From positions 33,542,001 through 33,606,000 of the forward strand of contig CM022665.1 in assembly GCA_012295275.1 (NCBI GenBank): DNA of 64,000 nt. Reading direction: 5' to 3'. The notes beneath the pieces are model-generated. The model was not told where the DNA came from. It ran no database searches and worked only from the letters and a program-made list of their open reading frames with translations. Source of the stretch: Chrysomallon squamiferum. Lineage: Eukaryota; Animalia; Mollusca. A program made the position numbers and the translations under genes. Positions 28,101 to 55,340 of the stretch are shown here, piece by piece. How positions within the stretch are numbered: the stretch's first letter is position 1; each line of letters starts with the position of its first letter.

Positions 28101-31100
28101 TTGGCCTAAAATTTCAGATTTGGTTCTGTGGGATCCAGTCAACAAGTATACCAAGTTTTATAAAAATCTGAGATGGTCGGGTTTAACCCATTGAGTGATT
28201 TGACACGGAATGATCCATAAGCAAATTTAACTTAATGCATATAGTTTGGTCACTAGCTTCCACCTGGAAATTAGGTGACAAAAGTACACTGCAAAGAGTA
28301 TGACTAACCTACAGTGATTTGTAATAACCAAGGAGATTACGCAAGATACCATGCATGTTGGTTATCTTCCAGATGATGAATAAATCATTGAGATGTTTCA
28401 GCAAGTGGAAGGAAAAAAACCCCAACAGAAATCCAAAATTATCATGATGACAGTAAAGCAGTAAACATTATCTACAGATAAATATATCCAGGATTCTAAC
28501 AGATTTAACTGCAGGACTGGAGAAAAAGGACTTTACAACACAACAAGAAATAATGTCTGTATATTTGATTCAAAGAAAATTAATTATAGAAAAACCAAAG
28601 TAAAAAACCAAACTGTATTACAACAGTGGTGGAAGGTTACTGATAACACTGCCAAGACTCATTACAACATAGAAATCCACTTTCCTTCAACTTCCCTGCT
28701 TCTTAGGTACCTATACCTGTTGGTCATGAGGACCCTGATAACCCTATACCTTGAAGACCATGCTGACTTTTGATTTTAGGCTTTATATTACATGAAACAA
28801 TAAAAACCTTATTTGGAAGAATTTGTTTTTCTTTTCAAGTTAAGTTGTACTTTAATAACCAAGCAATATACATGTGGTTACATAGTTTCTTCAGTGGATA
28901 GTTTTCTCTAACCGACAATGGCCAAATCCCAAGCTTGCTAGATTAAAGAAATTCAACCTGTAATCTGTCTGGAAACCTTAGCATTAATGTCAATTAATCA
29001 AAGGAACATAAGTCATTAAGATGGGAAAAATTGTACCTTTTTTTTGATTCTAGTTCTCTCTGTTCTTGGTTGTTGATTGTGAAACTGCTATGTCTGCTAT
29101 TATCTGGATTCTCTTCCATTTGAGAAAATGGATGGTGACCAACATTTAGAATTGTAGACGTACAGAATTCCTGATTTAAATCACCAGTTTCTTCTAGATC
29201 AACACACTTGGCTCCTATACCCCACAAATTTAAATATTTTGATTTCTTCATTCATATAATAATGAATTTATAATAAAAATGTTTTTCTTGTCCATCATGA
29301 AAATAAATAAAAATAAAAATAAAAAAACCTGTGTGTGTTTGCATACATATCTACTAGTCATTGTAAATAATAATTAGCAAACATATTCTACAATTTTCAA
29401 CAGTAGATTATACATAACACTGAACATTAATCAGAAATACACAATGGATTCCAGATACTTGCGTAAAGCTGCAAATGTTGGTTTGTCTACAATGCGTATT
29501 TGTCTTTCTTCAATTACTGGTTCACCATCTTCATTGCCAAGCTCTGTAGGAAGATGATCAATGGCAAAGTTCTCTTCTTTGTTATTGCGAGGAAAGTAAA
29601 GTGGTAAAACCTTTTTGTAAACATCCTGGAAAATGTACCAATGATTTTAGTAAATTAAAGGAATAATATTTACAAATTCCATTTCTATAGCAAATTTGTA
29701 GACAAAATGTTCCTTATGATAAAATAATAATTCTAAATGTTGAACTTCAGTTTGGCAGTTAAGCAATTAATAATGTATGAAAATATATCGGTTTGGATAT
29801 ATAATTTTACAGGTTTTTACTTTAACTAATTGGTTTTGCAACAAAAACAGGTCTGAAACATTTTCTTACTAACTTTTTAAATTCTTTCCCAATATGAATC
29901 ATATGCTATAAAAATATATCAGCACTGCTGTAAAATGTGACAGGTAAAGAAAATATCTTGAATAAAAGAAAAAGTGCTAACACAAAAAACATCCTTATAA
30001 TTTTAACATAAATATGAAACAGGCACTCATAGTATGAACAGCCTTATTCAGCTATTGGAAGTCTTATCAGTCTCAAATACATATTGAAATATGTCTTTTA
30101 GTTTTTCCAATTCCATGACTGTTAAGAGTCTATATACAAGTCTTTAGGAGAAATGAAACAAATATTTTTCACACACACTTACCATAGTCTCTTCTGTACA
30201 TACGAAAACAACTGCATCAAATGAATCAGCAAACTTTTCAAGAAAACATCTCGTTGTTCCTGGTAGTGAAGAAAAACAATTATTATAGCAATGTTTATAC
30301 TTTACTGAAAGAAATGTTTATAAGTATGACCTCTTATTAGTATATCAAAATTACTAATTTTGGTAAGAAGTTTAGAAATGTCCGAGTTTATTCTGAAAAG
30401 GAGGATACAGCATTCAGTGCCTAAAAACAATTTTTGTGATACTCCTGAAAAAGAAAACAACTTTTTACACTCTTGGCACAAAAAAGGACATAATATATAT
30501 CATAATTAAAACCTTTTATAATTAACTGATTTGCACATAAAATGAACATGCATTCAATTTCCAATCCAAGCAAAGAATCTAACAACTAATAAATCCAATG
30601 GTTTACATATATTTGTGTTATACATTCTAGTTTGTAACTATAAGATTAAAAAGCTCTCAGACTGTAAATGTTTTCTGTAACTTGATACTAATATGACAAT
30701 ACTGAAATCATTCTATATTAACTTACTTATTGCAATATGAGCTCCATTTTCTGGGGGATAGCCCCTCTGTAAAGTGTGTATACAACACAGACCAAGAGTT
30801 CGAATCCCATATTCTCTGCAATTAAACAAAATAATGGTAAAACACTTAAAATTAAATAATAATGTTTATTACATATAATATATAATATGTTTTACAAGGC
30901 AGTAAAATGATAGATTTTATAATGGTAGCAGTACTTTTAAAAACAATCCCTTCAGTATTAAAATCCACATCCACACATTATAGTATTCCTACGGAACATT
31001 TAAATAATAGCATAAATGCATTGTCTATACTTCCATCTTACTGTGGAATACTGCTATCTGCAATTACTCTGGCTCTGCCATTAAGTCTCTTGGTAGCTAT

Positions 31101-33725
31101 GACATCATTATGTATAGTGTACTCCTCCCAAAAATATAGATAAAAAATAAAATAAGACAAATTATCGAGGACTACTATGTGCAGTGGTCAAAAACAAAAT
31201 AAACTTTTCCAATAAACAGGCATTTTCATGCACCAAAACCAAATGCAAAAAGACACTGACTTTATAATGCAGCCATTGGATTTTCTGCTAAATTTGATAT
31301 CTGAAAGTCATCATTTGAGGAAATCTTTAAAAAATGGGATCTAAAGGTTAATTACTTACCTACCAGACATTTGTTGTACGAAGTGCTATAAAAGAGCAAG
31401 CATATACCTATGTATCGTCTAAACAATGAGACGAGAAGTCTGAGAAAAATTAAATGTAAATATATGCGGTAATGTTTTATTCTGTTCTGCAAAATGTTGG
31501 TGTGTATATGATTGTGAGCTACCAGTATTTTATTAGCAGGTAATGGCCACCAGACAAATGCAAGAGTTAAATGGAATCAGATATACTGTTCCATGGTTAT
31601 ACTTTAAATCTGATATCATTAAAAACTAAAAGATAGGAAAGTATTCATTTTAACAATAGGTAGTAATTTGTAATATAAACGAAAATGTATTGTAACAAAG
31701 TATTTAGTTTTCAAGGAAGTTGACAACAATAATACCACTGTAATTTTAAGGGAATATATTTTTAAAAGCTGTCTTTAATTTGTGAAAACATTGTTTTCAT
31801 CGTTATCTTATTTTTTTCTGCTGATTTTTATTAAATTTTTTCACATTTTTCCGATGGGGGTTCTCACCTGTTGTCTATATTGAACATATATTATTTTATT
31901 ATCTCACCTGTATCTGCCATTATATACTATTATAAATGCAATTTATATGTAGTATCAAGCTTCAGTTTTTTTAAAATGAAACTTGTATGGAAAGGTTGTA
32001 ATGTTGGTATCTGTACCTACTGATCAATGCAACTACCATCAAAATGGAAGAAATATATTATATAAACATGACTGAAAACTAATAAATAAATTGATAACGA
32101 ACCTGGCTAACTGTAATGTGCTTCTATATGAGCAGAATAAAGCACTTTCTGCTGCTGTCAGATACTTCAGGTTGTACCGAGGCCCAACAGTATGGATAAT
32201 ATATCGAGCAAGCAAATTGTGACCTTTTGTAATTTTTGCTTCTCCAGTTTTGCAAACTGAATGAGAATGTAGTATTAATTAATTTATGATACAAGTATCT
32301 ACTGTTTTAATCTATGTATTTGTGTGTGATCATTAAAGAAAGTTCTAGTTATGATATTGTAAATGAAATATAAAACTGATTTACTATGAAAAATTTTGTA
32401 ATTATTACAAACTTCAGGCAGTGTAGTTTTATTCTGACAGCTAATAACAAGTATTAGTAACTTTTTCCCTTAGAGATCCTTCTTTTCCCAAAATTTAATT
32501 CAAAACTTTATTTCCACTAAACAATAATGCAACTGGCATTTCTCAGTGATATATATAGATATATATATATATATATGTTTAACATAATCAAACTGATTAA
32601 AAGAAATTTAATTAAATAAAATTACATTAGGAAATCTAATTTCAATGTTTTAACTGTGCAAATTTAATTTAACTGTAACATGCCAATATTAAATAATATA
32701 TATATACATATATATACCTATCTTTTGCCAAATGGCACATATAGCCCTTTATGATTGTTTAAAGTTGCCAGTTAAGATTATTGCTCTATTTAGGCACAAG
32801 AATGAGAGAAGGAAATAACTTAGGAATAAAGTATTTCTGAGAAGAGAAATAAAAAACCCATCTAAGCTATATTATACAAGTATAAATAATAAGGAACAAC
32901 AGTCATGTAAGAATGTAAGAAGTTAATATCCTTTAATTTGCAAGTTTAGAATGTATCTGAGAGATTCAATCACCTTTAATACTACTGTTCACCTCCAGTT
33001 GCAATGCAGGCCCAGCCTTGTCAAATATTCTGTCACTTAAAGGATTGTGATCACTGAGGTGTTCATTTGTGGTATGCACTATAGCATGGACATTGAGGCA
33101 AGTTATGTCACCATTCCTGAAATTCAGATATTAAATAATTGTGTGTACATGCATTGTGTGTTTTGTTTAGTATTTGGTATGTGTGTATTTGTGTACAATA
33201 AATATGACAGGTTTAAGTTTGTGGCCATTTTTACTTCTACTTTTTTTTTTCTCTCTTTTTTTCTTCCAGAAAGTCTATTACTGTTTAACTGATAGTTCTA
33301 AATGTTGCTTGTCAAAGCAGCAATTTCTTTTGACATTCTAATCCTACTGATTCATCAAGTATAACATGGGCTGTTGAAAAATAACCAAGTTTCAGACTAA
33401 GAAGATCATCTATTCCCAACATACTGCTGGTTACAGTTATATCTCAACTAGTAGTGAGTTATACAAACATAATTTCTGTGTTGTCTGTAAGAAGGAAAAA
33501 ATACTAGAAATAAAGTCTGGACAGCAAAATTTAATGTGTTATTTTGCTCCAGAAACAAACTCACCAAAGAATGATTTTGGCATTTAAATCATTCCTCCAG
33601 GGAAATCGCACAATCTTTCCATCGTCTCTGTTTTCAGAGTCATGATATTCAGGAAGCTGTGTTAAATTCCATCGAGTGAGTCTCTCAATTTCAATTACAG
33701 AACTGCGAGCTCCTAATGGATCCAT
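25101..33725 (-). CDS. GDAP2: Ganglioside-induced differentiation-associated protein 2 (macrodomain plus CRAL-TRIO/BCH-like), ~503 aa
   Basis: Coding exons 33565-33725, 32974-33116, 32103-32256, 30727-30815, 30183-30259, 29463-29625, 29037-29214, 26841-26994, 26350-26489, 25858-25912, 25343-25486 and 25101-25154 total 1512 nt with consistent phase. Diagnostic peptides: MDPLGA, CKTGEAKITKGHNLLARYIIHTVGP, LPLYFPR, GEPVIEERQIRI, YKKNLKYFYIVHPT, TWFFTTF. Confidence 0.95.
27751..28216. mobile_element. Palindromic MITE, possibly Sola-type, in a GDAP2 intron
   Basis: TIRs gggtcattctgtgtcaaatcac / gtgatttgacacggaatgatcc with a 4-bp ATAA duplication on both sides (27747-27750, 28217-28220) and long internal inverted repeats. 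Confidence 0.85.
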
Positions 33726-34232
33726 CCTCCTCTGTTAATTTGATATTAGTAAATTCACACCTGCATGAAGTCTAACACCTAGAACCAAATGCAAAAAATG
33801 TCCAGTTAAGTACTGTTCTGTATTTGGCATTTTAAAATTCACATAAATTGTGGTTAAATATAATATATTCCTCATTTTTATCATCCTTATTTTTCTTGAT
33901 GATAAACCTTTAACACCAGTTACTACTACATATATAGAATCCTATCTAGGGGAAAGTTTACTGTTGAGATTACAAGTGTGTTGAGAAATGTCGGTGAGAA
34001 AAACATGATCAAACCATTTAACCACTAAAATTTACTTTTAACTATACCATTAAGTCATTCATTACTGATCAGTCCATTTTTGTCGAAAAGTATATAAGTA
34101 AATATTATTATAATAAAAGGCCATGTACGTTTCGAAATACGATTCGTATTGCTCACTTAGTCACTAGAATAATTTAGAACGTCAGTGATTTCCAAGGATT
34201 CCATGACAAATGTTTGCAAGCTAAATACTCAC

Positions 34233-35170
34233 AACACTAGTTCAGTAGTTGGAAAAAGGACAAACATTCATTTTTAAAAACATTTATTATAATATTTCTT
34301 TAAGTAATGTTTTTAACGCGAGAGAGGTAAGTAGAATTAGAAGTGTTTAGGAATTTTTTTTTTTTTTTTTTTTTTTTTATCAAATATTATCATTAATACG
34401 TAATATTTTATTTTCAGTTAATTGTTCTTTCTGTAACTGTAATAATGAATGTGCTTAATGTTAATGTATCTAGTTAAAGCATTCACCTTCACTTCGAAAG
34501 ATACTTCCATTGAAGATAAACAAATTGTGCGTTATGCTCGATGCTTCCAGTTCCACCATTTTGTAGTCATGTGATATATTATTATATATATAGATATATA
34601 TTAAAATAAACCTAATTTCTGATTCAGATGGAATTTTTCTTGGGTAATTTTTTACCAGTTACGGTTAGTGTTGCCAACGTTCGGAAATGGAAATACAGGA
34701 TGGATGAGGTTTAACCCCTGCGTTTGTCCGTCCGGGGAAATGGATTAAGAAATGCTTTATATTTTACCCTTCCTCTATTTCCGGTCGTTTCCCACCCGAC
34801 AGTTGCTCATCACGTTTGCCCATTGGCAGTGGTTATTTTTTTTTCTTTCACCTTCGGGATATTTTTTGCGCTGCGTTAACTGGCCGAAGTTTTAGAAAGG
34901 GAACACATTCATATCAAGACAACAAGATGTAATACCATAATTGTCAGATCACAGAATACATCTATATCGTTTATAAAAATTATCTTACGAATATTAATTA
35001 TTAAACATTAATTTAACTTACCACGAGCAGTATGAATCAATGCTAAAACTTATTATTATTATTTTAACTACTTCGGAACTACTTGGTTTGGACAACCTGT
35101 CATTGCTCATATCACAGGACACACTCAAATGCCATCATTGAATACAGCGGACTGACAGCTCCATTTTTGT
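34233..35170 (-). promoter_or_regulatory. GDAP2 promoter / candidate non-coding 5' exons
   Basis: Locally CpG-richer. Minus-strand donors occur at 35021 (GTAAGT), 34486 (GTGAAT) and 34232 (GTGAGT), with YY1-like AAAATGG motifs at ~35161 and ~34556. The matching acceptor is at 33779. Confidence 0.5.
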
Positions 35171-37327
35171 TCTGACAACACCAAACATTTTTATATTGTA
35201 TTCTTTGACATTAACTTTTGTTATTAGAGAGGAGGGGGGGTGAAATCGCACAAAATAAACAAACAAAACAACAACAACAACAGTTTAGACTTATTTCTAT
35301 AAGTGAAATTTGTCTTTAAAATAAATATTTAGGAATATTTTAATTATAGTTTAATTACATGGATGAGTGCATCCTGAATATTCCAAATGTATTTACTGGA
35401 AAAAATAAATAAAATCTTAGGGAAAAAAGAAAAATGTAATTATTATAATTTAAAACAAGCAAAAATATATGTACTTTATTTTTTATTTACAAAGCATCTT
35501 TTATTGTCATCTGCTTGACAAGGCATCATTGAACTATTAAAGGTTTGAAAAACAAGGAAATATATTTGTAATATAACTCTGCACAATCAAGTGAAGTAAA
35601 TGTAGCTAATATTTACAAAGGGTTAATGAAAATGTAATCAATATGCTACATGATCAAATAATGTACTAGACAGTTAAACTTCAAATCTAATATAGATGGA
35701 CGCTAATTAGTTTTTAAATCATTCAGCAGTAATTATTTTCAACATATTAACATTTTTAATATTTTGAAACTGACAATTTTTCAGTTTCTGTATTATCTAT
35801 TAACATATTTCAGTCACAAGTGAAATCTTATTTGCAGTTACAGATGCACTGCGTAAGTGTAAATCTAAGAAACAAATTAGAATAGTTCATACTTAAAAAA
35901 CATACTGTTGGGATAATTTTTTAAATGAAATAATACCTCTGTATAAAAAGTTTATATATAAAATTAACAGGGGTATAGTGAGTTCAAAAGTGACAATATA
36001 CCTTGTCAAAGAGAATAAAAAATATTCTTAAGGATTATTAAAATTTTAATTTCATCAAATTTATTAAGTGTACGAATTTTGTTAAAAATGACAGTATCTT
36101 TACTGTTACAAACTTGGTAAAATTACATTAATACTTCACATATCAGTTCAGATTATGTACACATTCAAACACATTTATTCCAGTACACACATTCATATAA
36201 TCAAATAAATTCACAAAACGCATATTATAGTATGTCTGTGGGTCAATGTTCTAATTAAGAAAGTTAAAACTAAAGTAAACTCAAAATTAAATCAACAATT
36301 TTAAAAATACATTTTAATGAAATGAAAATTGGGAACAAATTATTATTATTATTATACAACTTGGGAAAAATATACAATTCTGAATGGCTAATTAGATAAT
36401 GTAAAGATGATAAATCTACAAACTACCCCTGAATTACTGAGGCTCATTTACGTGGTCATGAATAAAATTTATTGTTTATAAAGTAATGTAAAAGGCAACG
36501 GTTGTCTTTATCTCTTTAGCATTGTGTATTAAATTTTCATTAGTGTTTTTATGTATTCCATTTTATTTAAAAAAATTAATTTGCATAAAACTTAATCTAA
36601 GACAAAAATGTTATTTTAATTTTTATTATTTTGTAACACTAAATTAATCACACATTAATTGCCCATAATATACAATTACATCAATGAGATTCACAGATGA
36701 CAATTTTACAAGAAAATCATTTTCTGTATGAGGCTGCTTGAACTACAGAAATTAAATACAAACAAAATTTCATATTTTTAGCAAAAATATTTACAACTAA
36801 AGTAATGGTAAGGTTCACTGAATTTGCTCTAAAATGGGCAAAATTAAGAGTAAGATAACATCTGTTGAATGATCATTCAATGTAATCAACTGCATATAAA
36901 AATACAAAATGTGCTATTTAATGGAATCAAAGTCATTTTATAATCAAAAATATTTTTCATGTATTTTCAATTACTCATTTCCAAATTTGACATGCACACA
37001 ACAAAAATCCTTTACAACTCTGAAGTGTGTTATTTTAGTGTGTTACTTCAGAAACAGCATCCTGGCAGAAATACAAGTTTATTACTATAAGATCTGTTTA
37101 AAATATATTTGACTGGAATCGGTCATAATATAATTGATAAATGAAACAAACTGAACTGCAATGAAAAAACCCCCAACAAAACACCAGAGAACTATGTGAA
37201 AGTTGATTAATAAAATGCTACTGAATGTTTTTTTTTCTACCATTTACATAGTTATAAAACTGCAGGCAATATATTATATTTGACTGATTATATTATTTAA
37301 CTCTATAAGAAAGCAAAAAGGAAAATA

Positions 37328-37879
37328 CAGTTGTAACTTGAGTCACGAGTGCTGAGTTACAAGCAGTTGCCCGGTCAATTTTTTGCTTGGAGTTGCGAGC
37401 TCATATTTTGTACATTATTTTGCCAAATTTCCATGGATCCTAAGAAAGTGAGTGCAAAGGACAGTGCTGAGAAGAAGTGGATGACTGAATTAAAGCATGA
37501 ATTCACAGAAAAACATGGCTAGGCAGTATGAGCATAGTACTTTTATGATATGTACCATACTGAAGCAGGAGTAGATAAAGCTATAACTCCAGCCAAAGGC
37601 ATTTAAATAATTTCTAAGCTGCAGACCTCTGCCCATGAAAAGATGGAGAAACCCTAACCTTGTACACTTTACAAAACCAGTTTATTTCTTTACATTCTCT
37701 TTTATTTTGTTATAATACAATGTTATTCATTAATACATTTTTCTTATTCAAAAACACATTACAACAAATTGGGGTGGATTTTGGAGGGCTGGAACAGATT
37801 AATGGTATTTCAATTAATTTCATTTGGGAAAATTAGCTCAATCATGGAACGAGCTAAACTCTAGGTCAAGGTACCACTG
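37328..37879 (+). mobile_element. Tigger-derived non-autonomous element (same family as 8015 and 44081)
   Basis: TA|cagttgtaac...ggtaccactg|TA. Encodes MDPKKVSAKDSAEKKW...CTILKQE..ITPAKGI..ISKLQTSAHEKMEK. Confidence 0.9.
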
Positions 37880-38049
37880 TATTTGGTAACAATATTACTG
37901 GCAATAAACGAAAATGCTACTTTTGAATTATTTAAAAAAATATTAAAATCATCTGAACATATGGCCTCATTTCATAAACTCTGGGGTTGATGTGTCTATA
38001 GAATTGTATAAAACTATTCTGACCCCATTAAATACGTAGATCATTCTAG

Positions 38050-38560
38050 TTAACCCTTCATACTTTGCACTTGGTCTGACATACCCAAGAACATTTTATT
38101 CTCTTTAAATTTCTTATTGAAACAATTGTATGGCGATGCAACAATTTTCTCTACCTTTCCAAAAATACTCTATACATCAAACATATGAATGCACCTGTAG
38201 CCTAAGAACAAATGGGGCTCTGTGTCTCAAAAAACCACTATAAGCATTGATAAACTGCATTTTGTAGTTTCTTACAGTCCCTTCAAAAACGAAAATACAA
38301 GTTTTGCTTCTTCCTACTTTACATGACAATATAAACCTGAATTTGTGACATTTTATGATTCGACCAAAGGTGGACTTGATGTCGTTGATCAGATAAGCTC
38401 CAATTACAACTGCAAGAAATATTAGAAAATATGGTGGTTGTATTTTACAGCTTATTAAATGCTACAGGAGTCAGTGCATATATCATTTATTATGAAAATG
38501 GAAACCCAAAACTGATTTGAAGGCATTTTCTGAAGAGTTTGAGTCTTGAACTGAGGGAAA
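38050..38560 (+). mobile_element. piggyBac (PGBD4-like) transposase relic
   Basis: TTAA|CCCT terminus at 38050. Translated fragments KPEFVTFYDSTKGGLDVVDQ, FYSLLNATGVSAYIIY and RHFLKSLSLEL match the piggyBac catalytic C-terminal region. The right end was not found. Confidence 0.8.
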
Positions 38561-39691
38561 AGTAGAATAGCTAGGGTATAACTGCAATGAATGTTTGGAT
38601 GAAAATTCGTAATTATACCCTAGACTGAGAATTGTATCATTTTTATAATAATATATGTAATTCTAATCACATGGAAATGATGCCACTTTTGCTGGAAAAA
38701 AATGTTTTAAAAGATAATATTTTAATATTAATACTAAAATATGTACATTAAAATAAAACATTTTAAGTGGATAGAAAGTCCTTTGTCCAGATCAATGGTG
38801 ACAACGAAGAAAAATCACATCTGCCAAGGTCGAAAATGCAACTTGCTTGCTGGTAGGTTATATAAAAAGATAATTATTAGGATCCATAAATGATTACAAA
38901 GAAATAAGATTTGCTTCAGATGATGAGTACAAATGTACTGGATACCTGGGTGTCATTCATCCATACGATGACGTATTGAGCACTGTGTGAATTACAGATA
39001 GGATTTACTGTTTCAGGACAACTCAACCACCTGCTTTATGTCTAAAATAACATTTTTAACTTCTAAATCCAAAGCATGTTAAATTGAGATTGTTCAGTCA
39101 AGTATAGTGAAATGAAACATGAAGGAACGAAGTCTGTAATTTTCTATATTATACATATATGACACTTTTGCATGTTAATCATTCCATGTCAAATCATCAC
39201 AATAAAATGGATATTTGCAATCAAATTGATTCCAGTTTAAAAAAATCAACTGGTATATATGTTTATTCTTGTCTGAACACCTATTTTATAAAATACAGAA
39301 TATATGTACCAATTTCTGTCAAAATTAGAATTGGTTGGGTTCTACTTATTGGGTGAAGTGACATGGAATAGACTCATGCACAAATTATAGTAAAATAGCC
39401 TTTGACAATTATCTTTTCCTGTATGCTAATAAATGCTAACTTTATGCAATATATTACACATTTCATAATTTTAACAACTAATGAAATGGATGAAATTAAA
39501 AATAATATTTCCTATCATGTCAAATACAGGATATTCTAGACACATATTTAACACAATAATAAAATATTACATATTAATTTATTCAATGTTTTTGATCAAT
39601 TTACGTTTTTGCTATGAGAGGATTTTCCTGTAAAAAGAAACACTGCTGAGATTCTCTAGTTCTTGTATATGTAATAGGTAAAATCTGTTGT

Positions 39692-53000
<13,309 letters not shown>

Positions 53001-54299
53001 TATCACAGTACAGCGTATAACCTGAAAAGAAAAAAAAACAATGAAAGAAAAATGAAAAAAGAAAAAAGTAATTAGACATTTACACGTTTTTAAAGAAACT
53101 TGTTTTAAATACAAATCTTTACTTTCAGGTAAGATTTAATTAAAAGAAAATGTGAAAACAACAGGTGCTGTTGGTTTCGTCCAGTTGTGTAAGTAAATTA
53201 TTGCTATCAGCAAAATAAATATTTATTACTATAAAGAAATATAACCTCAAACAATACATTATTTTATTTTGTTTCAAATAAATGCTAACCATGTGCTTGT
53301 CAACATTACATATAAAGTAATTGCTTTTAGTTACCTCAGTATGGTTACCAGTGGATACTAGATGATGAAAAGGTAAAAACTGACATGACAAACCAAAGTG
53401 AGTTTAATTGATATTATGATCGGTTTTTTTTTAGTATACTGAGCCTAGCAGTGAAACAACATATGGATAACAGTGATTGTTTTCATGCCATGAGATATTT
53501 TACCAAAATTTTTGCTGAGATTTGTGTTCTGCTGCTTGTGCAAATAAAACAAGGTTATCTAAAGAGGTCTGTATTCACTTTCACTTGTCAAATCAACAAA
53601 GTTTTTCTTCTCGTCAACAGAATTGTATCCTTTCCTCCTCAACTATACTGGTGAAAATGAAATTTGATCTTTGGGATTATTTTTGATTTTTTCAAGGTTT
53701 TTTTTCTAATATATTTTTCTTAATTTCTATCCAGGATTTTGGATCCAATTTTACTGATTTTACTATGCTGCACTGAATCTGTCTGTATTAATCTTGCAGG
53801 ATATACACTTTTCAACGAGGTTATATAACCTGGAAAACTGGTCACAATGTCTTCCTTTGTTTCTTTTTGATGGTCTTCCATTTTTTAATGCAGTTTAACT
53901 CATATGTTTAAAATTCAACTACTAATATACTGCTTTGACAATCACACTATATCATAGTTCAAATGTACTGCTTTCCAGTGATTTAAAGTTAATTCTATTT
54001 GGTTGAGGGCTGCAAGATCAGCAACCTATTTTCTAGGGTGCCCAAATATTTTGCCAGTTTGTTCACTTTCTGAGAATATTTTAAGCATGTACATGTGTTC
54101 CCTGTGATATGCCAATCTGCCCAACAATCATGAGGTCACACAAGGCAAATCAATTAGTACTTACCAGAAAGACTTGGTTAGAAGTTACTTTGCCTTTGAT
54201 CACTGATAAAACATTAGTATTTAACACCTTTTTCCACTGTCTACCTAATTGTTGATGGCATACTTTATAGGCCAAGTTTAATTGTTGAGGTATCTCATT

Positions 54300-55340
54300 T
54301 GATTATTTCAATCTACATAATTCTTGATCAGTAATCAAAGAATCAGGAAGGCCAGTAAGCACCGGTTTCTGTAAAAACTGTATAAAAAGCCCACAATTAC
54401 AGTTGATCATCATTTCACAATATGAAAGACCAAGATGAATTTTGAATTCTGAATTTCTGTATTAGTGGATCTAATCAATTTGAGACATGATTCTGATGGT
54501 AACTACAAATGGATCAGACATTTTATGGACTACTTCATCAAGTTTCATGTGCTGTTACCTCTGAAGTCCAAAACGGCATAAAAGGTGGTAGAATCACTTC
54601 AAATAAGAACTCTTGAAATGCCTCATATATTTCATTCTCATAATCAGATAATGGCCAAAAATTTGGTGGAAATGGCAAGAAGATACTAGAAAAGCAACTG
54701 ACAGCAGCACCTTTTGGACAAAATGATTACCAAGAATCCAGAGAAGATTTAACATATTAATTCAAAAGGGATTAAAGGAGACTCCATATGTCCTGGTATT
54801 TGGCCAGCAACTGCTGCCCATCCCTTGGACCTATCTCTGAGAACTGAAGACCACAGATTAGTCCCCATTTCTAGATACTGAGACAAAGAGCTGGCAGCTC
54901 CTCTATTGGCCAAATCTCCAAGAACTGAAAATAGTGACCAGTTCCACTGACTTCATCACCAAAATGAAGCAAGACCAAAGATCAGAGTAAAGTGCTCCCA
55001 TGATGACAAATTACAGAAATAACACAGAACATATGAAAAATATATTTCAGAAAAGAAAAGGTTTTCAAGTTGCCAAGTACAATACTGGTGAATTCATACT
55101 GTTGAAATGCCTAAACTAAATTGATCCTATACCAATCCTCATTGCCTGCCTAATGGAAAAACATTACAACACTGTCAGAAGAAACCACCATATTGGTGCC
55201 AAACTGGCCTACCCCAAGAAACTGGCTCAGAGGAAATGTAGCAGCATGTCCAAATGCTCAACCTCATGATGTGCATGTAAAAAAAGACAAGAATGAACAA
55301 GCCATTGTCATCCTAACCATTCATTCTGTAATCGAAAGAA
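54300..55340 (+). mobile_element. Degenerate rve integrase relic (KRBA2/SCAND3-like, Ginger-type) in Scm intron 1
   Basis: VDLINLRHDSDGNYKWI, MDYFIKFHVLLPLKSKTA, PHIFHS..DNG, KGLKETPYVLVFGQ and a C-terminal Cys cluster (KCSTS*CACKK...SHCHP). Many stops and frameshifts. Confidence 0.75.

Noticed and set aside
27761-28171. 136-aa ORF
   Set aside because: It lies wholly within a palindromic MITE, has a non-ATG start and shows no transposase motifs.
34666-34740. G-U-rich hairpin and tagtgttgccaac near the GDAP2 promoter
   Set aside because: Pairing is weak and no partner TIR was found; it could be a TE end or an RFX-like site, but neither is supportable.
38915-39010. C-box-like ATGATGA suggesting a C/D snoRNA (also ~28373, ~3179)
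   Set aside because: No D box at a suitable distance with a terminal stem, and two of the three are antisense to the local gene.
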